Assembly (NCBI GenBank): GCA_963837955.1
Contig: CAWIPH010000002.1
Coordinates: 992,001 to 1,056,000, forward strand
Source: an uncultured Verrucomicrobiae bacterium
Lineage (GTDB): Bacteria > Verrucomicrobiota > Verrucomicrobiia > Chthoniobacterales > JAFAMB01
Direction of reading: 5' to 3'
Length of the DNA stretch: 64,000 bases
A program made the translations under genes and the position numbers. The notes beneath the pieces are model-generated. The model ran no database searches. It was given only the letters and a program-made list of their open reading frames with translations, and had not been told where the DNA came from. Shown here piece by piece: positions 18,991 to 29,145 of this stretch. The stretch's first letter is position 1; every line of letters starts with the position of its first letter.

Positions 18991-20601
18991 ATGGATCGAC
19001 GGTTTTTCTGCTTATTGGCAGCCGGTTGCTGGCTGTCCGTCAGCGGCATTGCGTCGGCCCTTACGCCGGAACAGGTCAAACCTCTGGCTGAAGACGATTT
19101 CGAGGCGAAGGCCCAAGCGTTGGACCAAATCGTCGCTGCAGACGACGAAGCCGCCAAAAGGATTCTGGAAGCGCTACGGGATGAGCGGCTCTACGCAAAC
19201 AATGCCGGTCAACTCGTGATCCAAGATGGCGACTCTTATCACGACGCGCTCACGGGGGCGCAGAGCGAGAGCAAATCGGATGATCTGCAAACAATCGATT
19301 TGAGTAATGTTTTACGCGAGAAGGTAGTGAAAGGATTGGCCGGTTTGCAGCTGACATCACCGGATCGATCGGTTCGAGCGCAAGCAGTTCAAAAACTGTT
19401 GGGCGGCAGCGACCCGGCCCTGAAACCGCTGATTGAAAAAACCAGAAACCAAGAAACCGACCCTGCGTTACGTGCTCAGCTGGATCAGCTCTGGGCTTCG
19501 ACCATGCTGCGTGACCCGGATCCGCAGCGGCGCAAAGAAGCGGTTGCGGTAATAGAGCAGCGTCACGACCCGCAGATGCGGCTAGTCCTCGCGCCGCTGC
19601 TGGCCAAACAGAACGACGGTAGCTTCGTCGAAACCGATCCGACAGTTCGCAAAAAGGTCGAGGAAGTTCTCGCCAGTCTCGAGCTGGAAGAAACAGAGAT
19701 CCAATTTGTCGGAACGTTGTTTGCCGGCGTTAGCCTCGGGAGCATATTGCTGTTAGCTGCGCTCGGTTTAGCGATTACCTACGGCCTGATCGGCGTGATC
19801 AATATGGCTCACGGTGAGTTTCTCATGATCGGCGCCTACGCCACTTACTGTGTCCAGAATCTGTTCATAAGCTATTGGCCCGGAGCGTTCGACTGGTATC
19901 TGCTCGCCGCTGTTCCGGCCTCCTTTTTGGCAGCTGCAATCGTGGGCCTCGTGCTGGAGCGGTCCGTTATCAGACTGTTGTACGGGCGACCGTTGGAAAC
20001 GCTTCTCGCTACTTTTGGGATCAGCCTCATTTTGATTGAAGCGGTCCGCACGAAGTTTGGTGCCCAGAATGTGCAAGTTGCCAACCCTCGCTGGATGAGC
20101 GGCGGCATCACCGTTCTGCCCGAACTGATTTTGCCTTTTAACCGCATCGTGATCATCGGATTCGCGCTGGTAGTGGTTTTGATTACCTGGGTCGTGATCC
20201 AGAAGACGCGACTCGGGTTATACATTCGCGCCGTCACGCAAAACCGCCGAATGGCCGCATGCGTCGGCATCCCGACATGGCAGATCGATTGTTATGCGTT
20301 TGCCTTCGGCGCCGGAATTGCGGGGCTCGGCGGATGCGCTCTTTCCCAAATCGGCAACGTCGGACCGGACTTGGGCCAAAGCTATATCATCGATTCATTC
20401 ATGGCGGTGGTCTTAGGAGGGGTCGGCCAGTTAATTGGCACGATCGTCGGAGCGCTCGGCTTAGGCGTGCTCAGTAAGCTGATTGAACCGTTTTGGGGGG
20501 CTGTCCTCGCTAAAATCGCCATTTTGATCTTAATTATTCTCTTCATTCAAAAACGGCCCCAAGGTCTCTTCGCGCTGAAGGGGCGGAGCCTGGAGGTTTG
20601 A
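18991..20601 (+). CDS. urtB: Urea ABC transporter permease
   Basis: N-terminal HEAT-like domain; GLAITYGLIGVINMAHGEF, LYGRPLETLL and QKRPQGLF motifs. Confidence 0.95.
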   Translation: MDRRFFCLLAAGCWLSVSGIASALTPEQVKPLAEDDFEAKAQALDQIVAADDEAAKRILEALRDERLYANNAGQLVIQDGDSYHDALTGAQSESKSDDLQTIDLSNVLREKVVKGLAGLQLTSPDRSVRAQAVQKLLGGSDPALKPLIEKTRNQETDPALRAQLDQLWASTMLRDPDPQRRKEAVAVIEQRHDPQMRLVLAPLLAKQNDGSFVETDPTVRKKVEEVLASLELEETEIQFVGTLFAGVSLGSILLLAALGLAITYGLIGVINMAHGEFLMIGAYATYCVQNLFISYWPGAFDWYLLAAVPASFLAAAIVGLVLERSVIRLLYGRPLETLLATFGISLILIEAVRTKFGAQNVQVANPRWMSGGITVLPELILPFNRIVIIGFALVVVLITWVVIQKTRLGLYIRAVTQNRRMAACVGIPTWQIDCYAFAFGAGIAGLGGCALSQIGNVGPDLGQSYIIDSFMAVVLGGVGQLIGTIVGALGLGVLSKLIEPFWGAVLAKIAILILIILFIQKRPQGLFALKGRSLEV

Positions 20602-20602
20602 G

Positions 20603-21724
20603 ATGAGTGTCGCGGTCTCTGAAGCGCCGGCGACTTTCTCGCTGCCTGCCCGTCAGCGGTTGTTTAGTCGAACCGCCTGGATCGCATTTTTTCTGATCGT
20701 GGCGGTCGTGCTGCTGACCACACCGATCTGCGCGTTAGCGGTACCGTCGAGTTCGCCTTTTTTTCTGTCTGTCTACGCACTCACCTTGATCGGAAAGATC
20801 ATGTGCTATGCCTTGGTCGCCCTCGCGCTGGATCTGGTGTGGGGCTACTGCGGTGTGCTGAGTCTGGGGCATGGGCTATTTTTCGCGCTCGGTGGGTACG
20901 CCATGGGCATGTACTTGATGCGCTCAATCGGTCTTGATGGCGTCTATCACAGTCCTCTTCCGGATTTCATGGTGTTCTTGGATTGGAAGGCCCTACCCTG
21001 GTTCTGGCAGGGAACCGATCACTTTCTTTATGCGTTACTCCTGATCATTCTGGTCCCAGGTGCTGTGGCCTGGCTCTTTGGTTTCTTCACGTTTCGTTCT
21101 CGGGTCAAGGGCGTTTACCTCTCGATTATCACCCAGGCAATGACCTTCGCCGCCATGCTGCTCTTTTATCGCAACGAAACCGGCTTCGGTGGCAATAATG
21201 GATTTACCGATTTCAAACGCATACTGGGATTTCCAATTGCCGCCCCCGGGACTCGGGTTTCTCTATTTCTGCTGACGTTCCTCGTGCTGGCTGGGAGCTT
21301 TGTTCTTTGTCGCTTCCTGGTGAAATCAAAGCTCGGACGAGTGGTTACCGCTATTCGGGATACGGAATCGCGATTGATGTTCCTGGGCTACAATCCGCTT
21401 GGTTACAAACTCTTTGTTTGGACCTTATCCGCGGTCATCTGCGGCATCGCGGGCGCTTTATATGTGCCGCAGGTTGGCATCATTAACCCGAGTGAAATGT
21501 CTCCGGCCAATTCAATCGAAATGGCAATCTGGGTGGCGGTAGGGGGGCGCGGAACTTTGCTCGGGCCAATCATCGGTGCATTTCTGGTAAATGGAGCAAA
21601 GAGCTATCTCACGGAATCGTTTGCCGAATACTGGTTGTTTTTTCTTGGGGCGATCTTCGTGATCGTTCCGATTTACCTGCCGCATGGAGTGATCGGGTTG
21701 TTTCAGCGGATGCAGCGAAAATGA
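20603..21724 (+). CDS. urtC: Urea ABC transporter permease
   Basis: WGYCGVLSLGHG, RSRVKGVYLSIITQA and GFGGNNGFTDFK motifs. Confidence 0.95.
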   Translation: MSVAVSEAPATFSLPARQRLFSRTAWIAFFLIVAVVLLTTPICALAVPSSSPFFLSVYALTLIGKIMCYALVALALDLVWGYCGVLSLGHGLFFALGGYAMGMYLMRSIGLDGVYHSPLPDFMVFLDWKALPWFWQGTDHFLYALLLIILVPGAVAWLFGFFTFRSRVKGVYLSIITQAMTFAAMLLFYRNETGFGGNNGFTDFKRILGFPIAAPGTRVSLFLLTFLVLAGSFVLCRFLVKSKLGRVVTAIRDTESRLMFLGYNPLGYKLFVWTLSAVICGIAGALYVPQVGIINPSEMSPANSIEMAIWVAVGGRGTLLGPIIGAFLVNGAKSYLTESFAEYWLFFLGAIFVIVPIYLPHGVIGLFQRMQRK

Positions 21725-22563
21725 AACCAGCTCCAGATTTGATTGGAACATCAGCTAATGGTCCGGTTGCGTCGGATGTAGAAGCGAAGGATGGCGATTC
21801 TTCGGCTGCAAGTGCGCGCCGCACGATTCTCTATCTCGAGGGCGTTACCGTAGCCTTCGATGCCATACGAGCTCTTAATGACGTAAACCTGTTGATTTAC
21901 GAGGGAGAACTCCGGTGCGTCATCGGTCCGAACGGAGCCGGCAAGACGACCATGATGGATGTGATTACCGGAAAAACGAAACCAGACGCCGGTCGAGTGA
22001 TCCTGGGAAAGGATCTTGATCTACTGCGTCTTGACGAACCGGCGATCGCTTCGGCTGGAGTCGGTCGCAAATTCCAGAAACCTACTGTGTTCGAGCGGCA
22101 TCCGGTCTGGGAAAACCTTGAATTAGCGATGAATGCCGAGAAAGAATGGTACCGCTCTTTGCATGCGGGGCTCACAAGCGAAACCCGGGATCGGATCGAA
22201 GCGACGCTGCACCTGACTGGCTTGATGCCGGTGGCTTTTCGGCCAGCCGGACAGCTCTCTCACGGACAAAAGCAGCGTTTGGAAATTGGGATGTTGCTCA
22301 TGCAAAAGCCACGCGTCCTTCTGCTCGATGAACCGGCCGCCGGAATGTCCGATCGCGAGACTGAACAGCTCGCTGATTTGATCGAATCGCTGCGATCGAC
22401 ATGCTCAATGGTTGTAGTTGAGCACGACATGGATTTTGTGGCCAGGCTGGCCGGGGAGCGCGGCCGAGTCACTGTTATGGCCGAAGGGCGTGTCCTGGTG
22501 GAGGGAACGCTGGAGGAAGTAAAGAAGGATGAAGGTGTAATCGCCTCCTATCTTGGCCGTTGA
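21721..22563 (+). CDS. urtD: Urea ABC transporter ATP-binding protein
   Basis: GPNGAGKT, GRKFQKP, LSHGQKQ and SYLGR motifs. Confidence 0.95.
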   Translation: MKPAPDLIGTSANGPVASDVEAKDGDSSAASARRTILYLEGVTVAFDAIRALNDVNLLIYEGELRCVIGPNGAGKTTMMDVITGKTKPDAGRVILGKDLDLLRLDEPAIASAGVGRKFQKPTVFERHPVWENLELAMNAEKEWYRSLHAGLTSETRDRIEATLHLTGLMPVAFRPAGQLSHGQKQRLEIGMLLMQKPRVLLLDEPAAGMSDRETEQLADLIESLRSTCSMVVVEHDMDFVARLAGERGRVTVMAEGRVLVEGTLEEVKKDEGVIASYLGR

Positions 22564-22573
22564 GGATTTTTCC

Positions 22574-23266
22574 ATGCTCGAAGTTCACTCTCTCAACCAA
22601 TATTACGGCGGGAGCCACATTCTCCGGCACATCAACGGAAATTTTGAAACGGGGAAGCTCACGGTATTACTTGGCCGGAATGGCGTCGGCAAAACGACCT
22701 TACTCCGCTGTCTAATGGGGCTGTTGCCGATCCGGAGTGGCTCGATTTTGTGGCGCGGCAAAACTTTGGAGAAGTTGCCGACCTACCAAAGGGTTGCCAG
22801 CGGATTGGCTTACGTTCCCCAGGGTCGCGATATTTTTCCGCGATTGAGTGTCGAAGAAAACTTGCTAACCGGCGCCGCCAGTCGTCCAGGTAAACAAATG
22901 ATACCTGACTCAATTTTCGAGCTGTTCCCAATCTTGAAAGATATGCGTCGCCGGCGGGGCGGTGATCTTTCCGGCGGGCAACAACAGCAACTGGCGATTG
23001 CGCGAGCTTTGATGAGCGAACCGCAATGCTTGCTGTTGGATGAACCGACCGAAGGAATTCAGCCGTCGATCATCCAGGAGATCGGTAGAACGCTCCGAGC
23101 CTTGGTCTCTGATCGTGGATTGACCGTTCTGCTAGTCGAACAGTACTACGATTTTGCGCACCAGCTCGCGGACTCCTATGTCGTTATGGAACGAGGAGAA
23201 ATTGTTGCGACCGGGCTCGGCTCCAATATGGAGCGGGATGGAGTTCGGGAAATGATTGCGGTGTAG
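22574..23266 (+). CDS. urtE: Urea ABC transporter ATP-binding protein
   Basis: QYYGGSHIL, GRNGVGKT, LSGGQQQQ and DEPTEGIQPSII motifs. Confidence 0.95.
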   Translation: MLEVHSLNQYYGGSHILRHINGNFETGKLTVLLGRNGVGKTTLLRCLMGLLPIRSGSILWRGKTLEKLPTYQRVASGLAYVPQGRDIFPRLSVEENLLTGAASRPGKQMIPDSIFELFPILKDMRRRRGGDLSGGQQQQLAIARALMSEPQCLLLDEPTEGIQPSIIQEIGRTLRALVSDRGLTVLLVEQYYDFAHQLADSYVVMERGEIVATGLGSNMERDGVREMIAV

Positions 23267-23305
23267 AGCACCAAATCGGCAACTCGTGAGGTAGCGCTGA
23301 CCCGC

Positions 23306-23653
23306 CTTAAATGGGGAGGGCGCACGTCCTCGTGCGCCGCGGATCGCGAGGATCGGACGTCGCAGAAGCCCACGGTCGTTGAGCGTGATGCATCAAAAGC
23401 TATGTCGGACAGGCCGCGATCCCTCCCGGCTTTTGACTTCGATTCACCCTTCGGTGAAACGCGCTAGTCCGGGCTAGAGCAAAATCTTCTCCAAATGATC
23501 GAGGCAGATCTTAAATGGGGAGGGCGCACGTCCTCGTGCGCCGCGGATCGCGAGGACGCGATCCCTCCCGGCTTTTGACTTCGAATCAGCCTTGGGTGAA
23601 ACGCGCTAGTCCGGGCTAGAGCAAAATCTTCTCCAAATGATCGAGACAGATCT
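23306..23653. repeat. Tandem duplication containing a REP-like element (family C, GGGAGGG...CCCTCCC) and a copy of the adjacent gene's 3' end
   Basis: A 47-nt block occurs at 23306 and 23510, and a ~97-nt block at 23415-23511 and 23557-23653. Confidence 0.88.
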
Positions 23654-24224
23654 GCGACCAAGTTTCCAAGGACTCTCGCTCAGTTTGCAGTTCGCCTGGT
23701 GTCAGAAATCCCACTTCGGTGATCGCGCTCTCCCGTTTGGTTGCTTCCTGAGCCGAAAGTTCAACGACATGAACGACTCCGAGGTGGACTCGACCTACCT
23801 CCGTGGAATCGTCATTGATCAACCCTACGATCCGGTGCGATCGAGGATTCGGGATTTGAATCTCTTCATCGATTTCGCGTTGTACGCCCACTAGATAAGC
23901 CGCGCGATCCAAGGCAAAAAGGCCTTCGTCCTGATCATTCATGTGGCCGCCGATTCCGATTGATCCCTTGGAAACGAGGCGTTTTTCTCCAGAGGCTTTG
24001 CCGCGTTTATACCGGAGGATCTTTCCTTGGGCGCGGATCAGCGCATAGGGGATAATCTGTTTGAGACTCGGATCGTTCTCAGCCGCGGACCGCGGCGCAA
24101 AAAAATTGTTCTCCCGGGCCAGGATGCTTGGTAGATAGCGATCAACGTCAGCAGTGAAGCCCTGAAAAATTCCGAGCGATTCGAGGAGAGTTCGCCGGAT
24201 GACTAATATCATTTCCTCTTTCAT
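23616..24224 (-). CDS. Predicted NUDIX-family phosphoesterase
   Basis: AENDPSLKQIIPY, SIGIGGHMN, REIDEEI, GLINDD, VGRVHLG and LETWSQ motifs. Confidence 0.85.
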   Translation of the reverse strand: MKEEMILVIRRTLLESLGIFQGFTADVDRYLPSILARENNFFAPRSAAENDPSLKQIIPYALIRAQGKILRYKRGKASGEKRLVSKGSIGIGGHMNDQDEGLFALDRAAYLVGVQREIDEEIQIPNPRSHRIVGLINDDSTEVGRVHLGVVHVVELSAQEATKRESAITEVGFLTPGELQTERESLETWSQICLDHLEKILL

Positions 24225-24482
24225 GATTTCTTCTTAGTTACTGCTTAGCTGGGCCCGCTCGGTGCTTTAGGATCGCGCCCTTCGTCCAATCGAATTTTAT
24301 CGATCATTCTGGCAAAGAAAAACAGTTCTTCAGTTTTTACGTAAGGGCTGCGCAGGTTCTCGCCCCTCATGTCGCTAGTTTAGTGGAGCTCGCCAGCGTA
24401 GAGCGACGCTAAATTCAGAAATAATCTGTCTCCAAAAAAGATTGGCGGTATCGGAGAGAGGTTGCGAATGTGTCACAATTTT

Positions 24483-25523
24483 ATGGAGAAGCGGCTGCGT
24501 CATTTTGCCAGCGACAACAATGCAGGCATTTATCCGGAGGTTCTGGAATTCCTCCAGGAAATAAACGAAGGGCACGTGACTGGTTATGGCGACGATCCTT
24601 TTACCCAACAAGCCCAACAGGCGATCTGCGATCTCTTCGAAAAAGAATGTGCCGTGTTCTTCGTTTCCAATGGCACTACGGCCAATTGTTTGGCCCTCAG
24701 TGCCGTCGTGCGGAGCTATCACGGAGTCATCGTCCATGAGCATTCACACCTTGAGACAGATGAGTGCAATGCGTTAGGCCACTTTATACCGGGAGCCAAG
24801 ACGATCGTAGTCAGCGGGGAGGAGGGCAAGCTGAGTCCGAACGACATCCGACGGGTCGTCGGTTTGCAGCGTGAGGTCCACGGATCAAAGCCGAGAGCGG
24901 TTTCGCTGACGAACGCGACAGAGCTGGGAACGATATACCGACCAGGAGAGATCCAGGAGATCAGCGAGGTAGCGAAATCGCTTGGTCTGTTCCTCCAGAT
25001 CGATGGTGCACGATTTGCGAACGCGGTGGTTTCAGCCGGTTGCTCTCCGGCGGATTTAACCTGGCGATCTGGCGTCGATGCAGTGAGCTTTGGTGGTACG
25101 AAGAACGGCCTCGGCTTAGGTGAGGCAATCGTTTTTTTTGAGCCGAGTCTTCCGGAAGATTTCGCTTATCGCATGAAACAAAGCGGACAATTGGCTTCGA
25201 AGATGCGGTTTTTTTCGGCACCTTGGTTGGCTTTTCTAAAGGAGGGGCTGTGGCTGGAACGAGCCAAACACGCCAATCAGATGGCAAAAAAGCTAGCTGA
25301 GAAATTGCAGCCGTTGCCCGAAATCAGCATCCTTTTCCCCGTTGAGGCAAACGCTGTGTTTACGAAGATTCCACAACCCGCGATCGACGCGATGCATAGA
25401 CTCGGGTGGCGTTTTTATACTGACGTAGGACCTGGTGGAGGTGCGCGGTTGATGTGTTCTTGGGATACAACCCCCGGAGACGTGACCGAGTTCGTTGAAG
25501 ATCTGAGTAGCTGCCTGCGTTGA
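24483..25523 (+). CDS. ltaE: Low-specificity L-threonine aldolase
   Basis: FASDN, YGDDPFT, NGTTAN, DGARFANA, SFGGTKNG (PLP Lys) and SKMRF motifs. Confidence 0.9.
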   Translation: MEKRLRHFASDNNAGIYPEVLEFLQEINEGHVTGYGDDPFTQQAQQAICDLFEKECAVFFVSNGTTANCLALSAVVRSYHGVIVHEHSHLETDECNALGHFIPGAKTIVVSGEEGKLSPNDIRRVVGLQREVHGSKPRAVSLTNATELGTIYRPGEIQEISEVAKSLGLFLQIDGARFANAVVSAGCSPADLTWRSGVDAVSFGGTKNGLGLGEAIVFFEPSLPEDFAYRMKQSGQLASKMRFFSAPWLAFLKEGLWLERAKHANQMAKKLAEKLQPLPEISILFPVEANAVFTKIPQPAIDAMHRLGWRFYTDVGPGGGARLMCSWDTTPGDVTEFVEDLSSCLR

Positions 25524-25668
25524 GGTAGGACTGCTATCAGCGTAGCGACCGCGGTTTCGGCGCATTGGAAGCGCTGCCGTACCTGCAGGCGTGCTTTGCG
25601 CCGTGTTTGAGCCCCGTGGCGGGTCAATCTTTCTCGTCCCGTTTATCAGCGCGGCTGACCGCCCGACT

Positions 25669-26196
25669 CTATTGCTGGAGAAAGCGAAAACTGTCCATGA
25701 ACGACCTGATATCCGGATCTTTCAATGGATTCGTCTCCTCTTTCGAGAGGCCCGCTACTTCGTAGACCTTCCCATTCGATTCGTACATGTCGACTACGAT
25801 CGAGTAGTTGGTTGAGTTGTATCGATGCGTACCGATCAAGCGAAATCCGGTCACTCCGTGATGGTTAATTGCCTCGATCGAATGCCGAAAACCGAGGCCT
25901 GGCCCAAAAAAACGCTTTTGGAGATCGTCGATGCTCTTTTCGTCGAGCGTAAAATGCGGCTTATCTTCAGTCACCATTCCGAGGTAGACGTAAGCGCTGA
26001 AATCCTTACGGTGCGCACCGGTCAAGCCCGTTTGATCTGCCGGCGTCATCGGCAGCCACGGATTATCCCGCGTCGTTCCGTCTGGAAGGTTTACCAAGCA
26101 ATTGAAATCGCTCGATTTCCACAGCAGAGCGTTAGCTTCCGGAAGGGTGGCGAACAGCAAAGAAACGGCTGCAATAAGTCTGGGGTGACGAAACAT
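25669..26196 (-). CDS. Hypothetical secreted protein
   Basis: Signal peptide (ANA-L cleavage) and C-terminal FMDSFRF; follows the upstream gene in the same orientation. Confidence 0.7.
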   Translation of the reverse strand: MFRHPRLIAAVSLLFATLPEANALLWKSSDFNCLVNLPDGTTRDNPWLPMTPADQTGLTGAHRKDFSAYVYLGMVTEDKPHFTLDEKSIDDLQKRFFGPGLGFRHSIEAINHHGVTGFRLIGTHRYNSTNYSIVVDMYESNGKVYEVAGLSKEETNPLKDPDIRSFMDSFRFLQQ

Positions 26197-26220
26197 ATGG
26201 CTAGTTAAACGCTTGAGAAG

Positions 26221-26823
26221 TCAAATGACGAGACCAGGATCGTCGTGCGTCGCCGCGCCGATGCGGCAAAGCTGATCGAGCGTTTCGCCGAAGAGGGCGT
26301 ACAATTGTTTCAATCGCGCTATATCTTTGATTTCGCCGCGAGTCTGAAAAAGCAGTTCGCCGATTCCGTCTGGAAAATCCTTGGAGTACCAGCCACTTTC
26401 TGTTGCTGCACTGAAGTATACCTGCGGTTGCTTTTTCAAGAGTTCCCGGATTTCTTCGTCGGAAAATAACTTCTTCACCTCTTCCAGGTTGTTGCTCTTT
26501 ATGATGAATTTCTCATCGAAATCGGCGTGACCTATTTCGAGATCTTGGACGTCTTTGGAGTGGTGATCTTCATAGCTGCCTTCGCGAAAGACGGAGAAGA
26601 TGAATCCGTCTTTGTTCACAAATGGGGCGCGCAGCCGGGTGAAAATGGTTCCCGCGTTGTCCTTGTACGTGTCCAGCGTCACCATCCAGTCGCCCACCTG
26701 GGCGCGCACTTTGCTATCACCCAGCCAAAAGCCACCATCATAAAAATTCCCCCCGATCTCTTGGGCCAGTTGCTCCCAGATTTCCTCCCTGGTCGGTTTA
26801 AAAAATCGTTCTAGTATCGCCAT
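26221..26823 (-). CDS. Hypothetical protein (DUF3137-like)
   Basis: Likely start MAILERFFKP; WEQLAQEIGG and DLEIGHADFDEKFIIKS motifs. Confidence 0.7.
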   Translation of the reverse strand: MAILERFFKPTREEIWEQLAQEIGGNFYDGGFWLGDSKVRAQVGDWMVTLDTYKDNAGTIFTRLRAPFVNKDGFIFSVFREGSYEDHHSKDVQDLEIGHADFDEKFIIKSNNLEEVKKLFSDEEIRELLKKQPQVYFSAATESGWYSKDFPDGIGELLFQTRGEIKDIARLKQLYALFGETLDQLCRIGAATHDDPGLVI

Positions 26824-26968
26824 ACTCTGATTCCCGGGACTAAAGTAACGAAAATACTCTACTCTGCGGTCCAGGAAAGGATTTTTCGCGGGGATCAATA
26901 CAGACTGGAATACGATCTCCGCGGTACATTTCCGGTGCGCCACAGATGCGCGGCCGGCGGATTTTGGC

Positions 26969-27394
26969 TCAGTCTCCCGGCTCTGCCTGTCTTGGTGGTG
27001 AATCTGCTTCCGGCGACAACGCGCCGCGCACCGCGGCCAGAAGCTCTCCCGGCGTGTAAGGTTTACCGAGAAGTCCGGCAATCTCGAGCTTCGTCAGGTC
27101 TTTCGCGTCCAAGGACGTAGCGTAACCGGTCGAAAGGATCACCTTCGTACTGGCCGAGATGCGGCGAAGGCGACGTAGAACTTCCAAACCGCTCATCTGC
27201 GGGAGAACGACATCTAGGAGAACGAGATCGAAGGCTTTACCAGTTTCTATGTGATGAATAGCCTCCCATCCGTTTTTCGCGACGATCACGTCGGCCGGGA
27301 GCGCGCGAAGAATTTCGCTCAGCAAATGCGCCAAATCCTTCTCGTCCTCGACCACGAGAATTCTGCGATCGCTATGTGTAACCCCAGCGGGCAT
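26969..27394 (-). CDS. Single-domain response regulator (receiver)
   Basis: ILVVEDE, DLVLLDVVLPQMSG, LSTGY and KPY motifs. Confidence 0.9.
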   Translation of the reverse strand: MPAGVTHSDRRILVVEDEKDLAHLLSEILRALPADVIVAKNGWEAIHHIETGKAFDLVLLDVVLPQMSGLEVLRRLRRISASTKVILSTGYATSLDAKDLTKLEIAGLLGKPYTPGELLAAVRGALSPEADSPPRQAEPGD

Positions 27395-27410
27395 TGGAAA
27401 TCCATTTCGC

Positions 27411-28238
27411 TTAACTCTTCGTCAGGAAGAAACTGCGCTGTCGTACACTGATGGGTCGCTCGAGCCGTTCGAGAACGAGCAACATATCTTCCCAGACTTT
27501 CCGCTTTTCTGCGAGCGATTGATTTCGGAGCAGATAAGAGGGATGAAATGTCGGCATTACCGGGATGCCGGCAAACTGGTGCCAGCGCCCGCGAAGCGAT
27601 TTCATTGGTTGATCCAGTCCGAGCAAACCCCGCATGGCGACTCCGCCGAGCGCCACCATTAACTTCGGTTGGATCAAAGCGATCTGCTCGCGCAGGTAGG
27701 GCAAGCAAGTCGCCATTTCATCGCCAGTCGGTGGCCGATTCCCGGATTTGCCGGGGGGTATGTCGGGCCGGCATTTGAGAACATTGGCGATATACACTTC
27801 TTGGCGCGAAAATCCCATCGTCTGAATGATGCGCGTCAGCAGCTCTCCGGCGCGTCCCACAAATGGCTCTCCCTGCAGATCTTCGTCGGCACCCGGCGCC
27901 TCTCCGACAAACATCAGCTCGGCATCAGGATTTCCAACGCCAAAAACGACCTGACGCCGAAACGCGACCAGGTGTGGACATTTGCGGCAGGCAAGAGCCG
28001 TCTGCCGCAACTTCTCGAATTTTTCGTGCTTCGAAGATGCCAAACCTGGCGTGGCTGCCAGGGGAATCGGTTCAGCAGCCAATAGTCGCTCCTGCGCAGG
28101 AGTCGACTCGACGGCCAGGCGAGCGCGAAATTGTTCAATTCGGTCCAGAATCGTCCGGTCGCACCGAAGATCGGCTCGGCCCTGAAGTTGTTGCAGCTCC
28201 TGAATGACTAATCCGATTCCTTGCGCGAGTAAGCTCAT
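27411..28238 (-). CDS. udg: Uracil-DNA glycosylase family 4
   Basis: [31 protein letters not shown] and TFHPSYLLR motifs. Confidence 0.93.
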   Translation of the reverse strand: MSLLAQGIGLVIQELQQLQGRADLRCDRTILDRIEQFRARLAVESTPAQERLLAAEPIPLAATPGLASSKHEKFEKLRQTALACRKCPHLVAFRRQVVFGVGNPDAELMFVGEAPGADEDLQGEPFVGRAGELLTRIIQTMGFSRQEVYIANVLKCRPDIPPGKSGNRPPTGDEMATCLPYLREQIALIQPKLMVALGGVAMRGLLGLDQPMKSLRGRWHQFAGIPVMPTFHPSYLLRNQSLAEKRKVWEDMLLVLERLERPISVRQRSFFLTKS

Positions 28239-29127
28239 CTGTATTGACACCAAGCGAGACAAATTCATGCGGTATTTCCGCCTCGAATTCGAACCATTTT
28301 TCTGACTTTGGGTGAGTGAAGCCTAAACGCCAGGCATGCAACATATGCCGCTCAAATTCACGCGATTGTCTTCCGTACAATTTATCCCCGACGACCGGAT
28401 GACCCAGATACTGCAGGTGCACCCGAATCTGGTGGGTTCTACCGGACAGCAAACGACAGAGAACGAGTGAATAGTCGCCTACCTCTTGCAGCACTTCGAA
28501 TAGCGTGTGAGCGCTCCTCCCCCGGTCGACAATCGCCATTTTCTTTCGATGCACCGGATGCCGGCCGATCGGTGCGCTTACCTCGCCTTTTTTGGTCGAA
28601 AATTTTCCATGGCAGATGGCCAGGTAATATTTTTCAACCTTCCGATTCGCAAATTGCCGGCTCAATCCTTGATGGGTGAGATCATCCTTCGCCACTACCA
28701 GACATCCGCTCGTTTCCTTGTCGAGCCGATGTACCACGCCGGGCCTCAGTTCTCCACCGATTCCGCTGAGAGAGGTGCAATGGTATAGGAGCGCGTTGAC
28801 CAAAGTGCCGTCCGGATTTCCCGCGCCCGGATGAACACTTAGGCCGGCAGGTTTATTGATCACGATCAAGTACAGATCTTCGTACAGGATGGGCAGCGCG
28901 ATTGACTGCGGTACGATTTCGACCGCGCGAACTTCGGGCTCGCTCACCGTGATCCAATCCCCTCTGCGGACACGTTCTCGCACGCGAACCTCCTGCGCAT
29001 TGAGCCGGATGTGCCCCGATTGGATAAGGCTTTGCACTCGCGCTCGCGATAATCGAGCGATCCGCTTGGAGACTACGAGGTCAAAGCGCAGTCCGGCATC
29101 GGTTTGATCAGCCTGGAACGTCTCCAT
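28135..29127 (-). CDS. rluD: RluA/RluD family 23S rRNA pseudouridine synthase
   Basis: S4-like N-terminus, NKPAGLSVHP, RPGVVHRLDKETSG and GRTHQIRVH motifs. Confidence 0.92.
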   Translation of the reverse strand: METFQADQTDAGLRFDLVVSKRIARLSRARVQSLIQSGHIRLNAQEVRVRERVRRGDWITVSEPEVRAVEIVPQSIALPILYEDLYLIVINKPAGLSVHPGAGNPDGTLVNALLYHCTSLSGIGGELRPGVVHRLDKETSGCLVVAKDDLTHQGLSRQFANRKVEKYYLAICHGKFSTKKGEVSAPIGRHPVHRKKMAIVDRGRSAHTLFEVLQEVGDYSLVLCRLLSGRTHQIRVHLQYLGHPVVGDKLYGRQSREFERHMLHAWRLGFTHPKSEKWFEFEAEIPHEFVSLGVNTDELTRARNRISHSGAATTSGPSRSSVRPDDSGPN

Positions 29128-29145
29128 GCTAGCGCGGAGGTAGAC

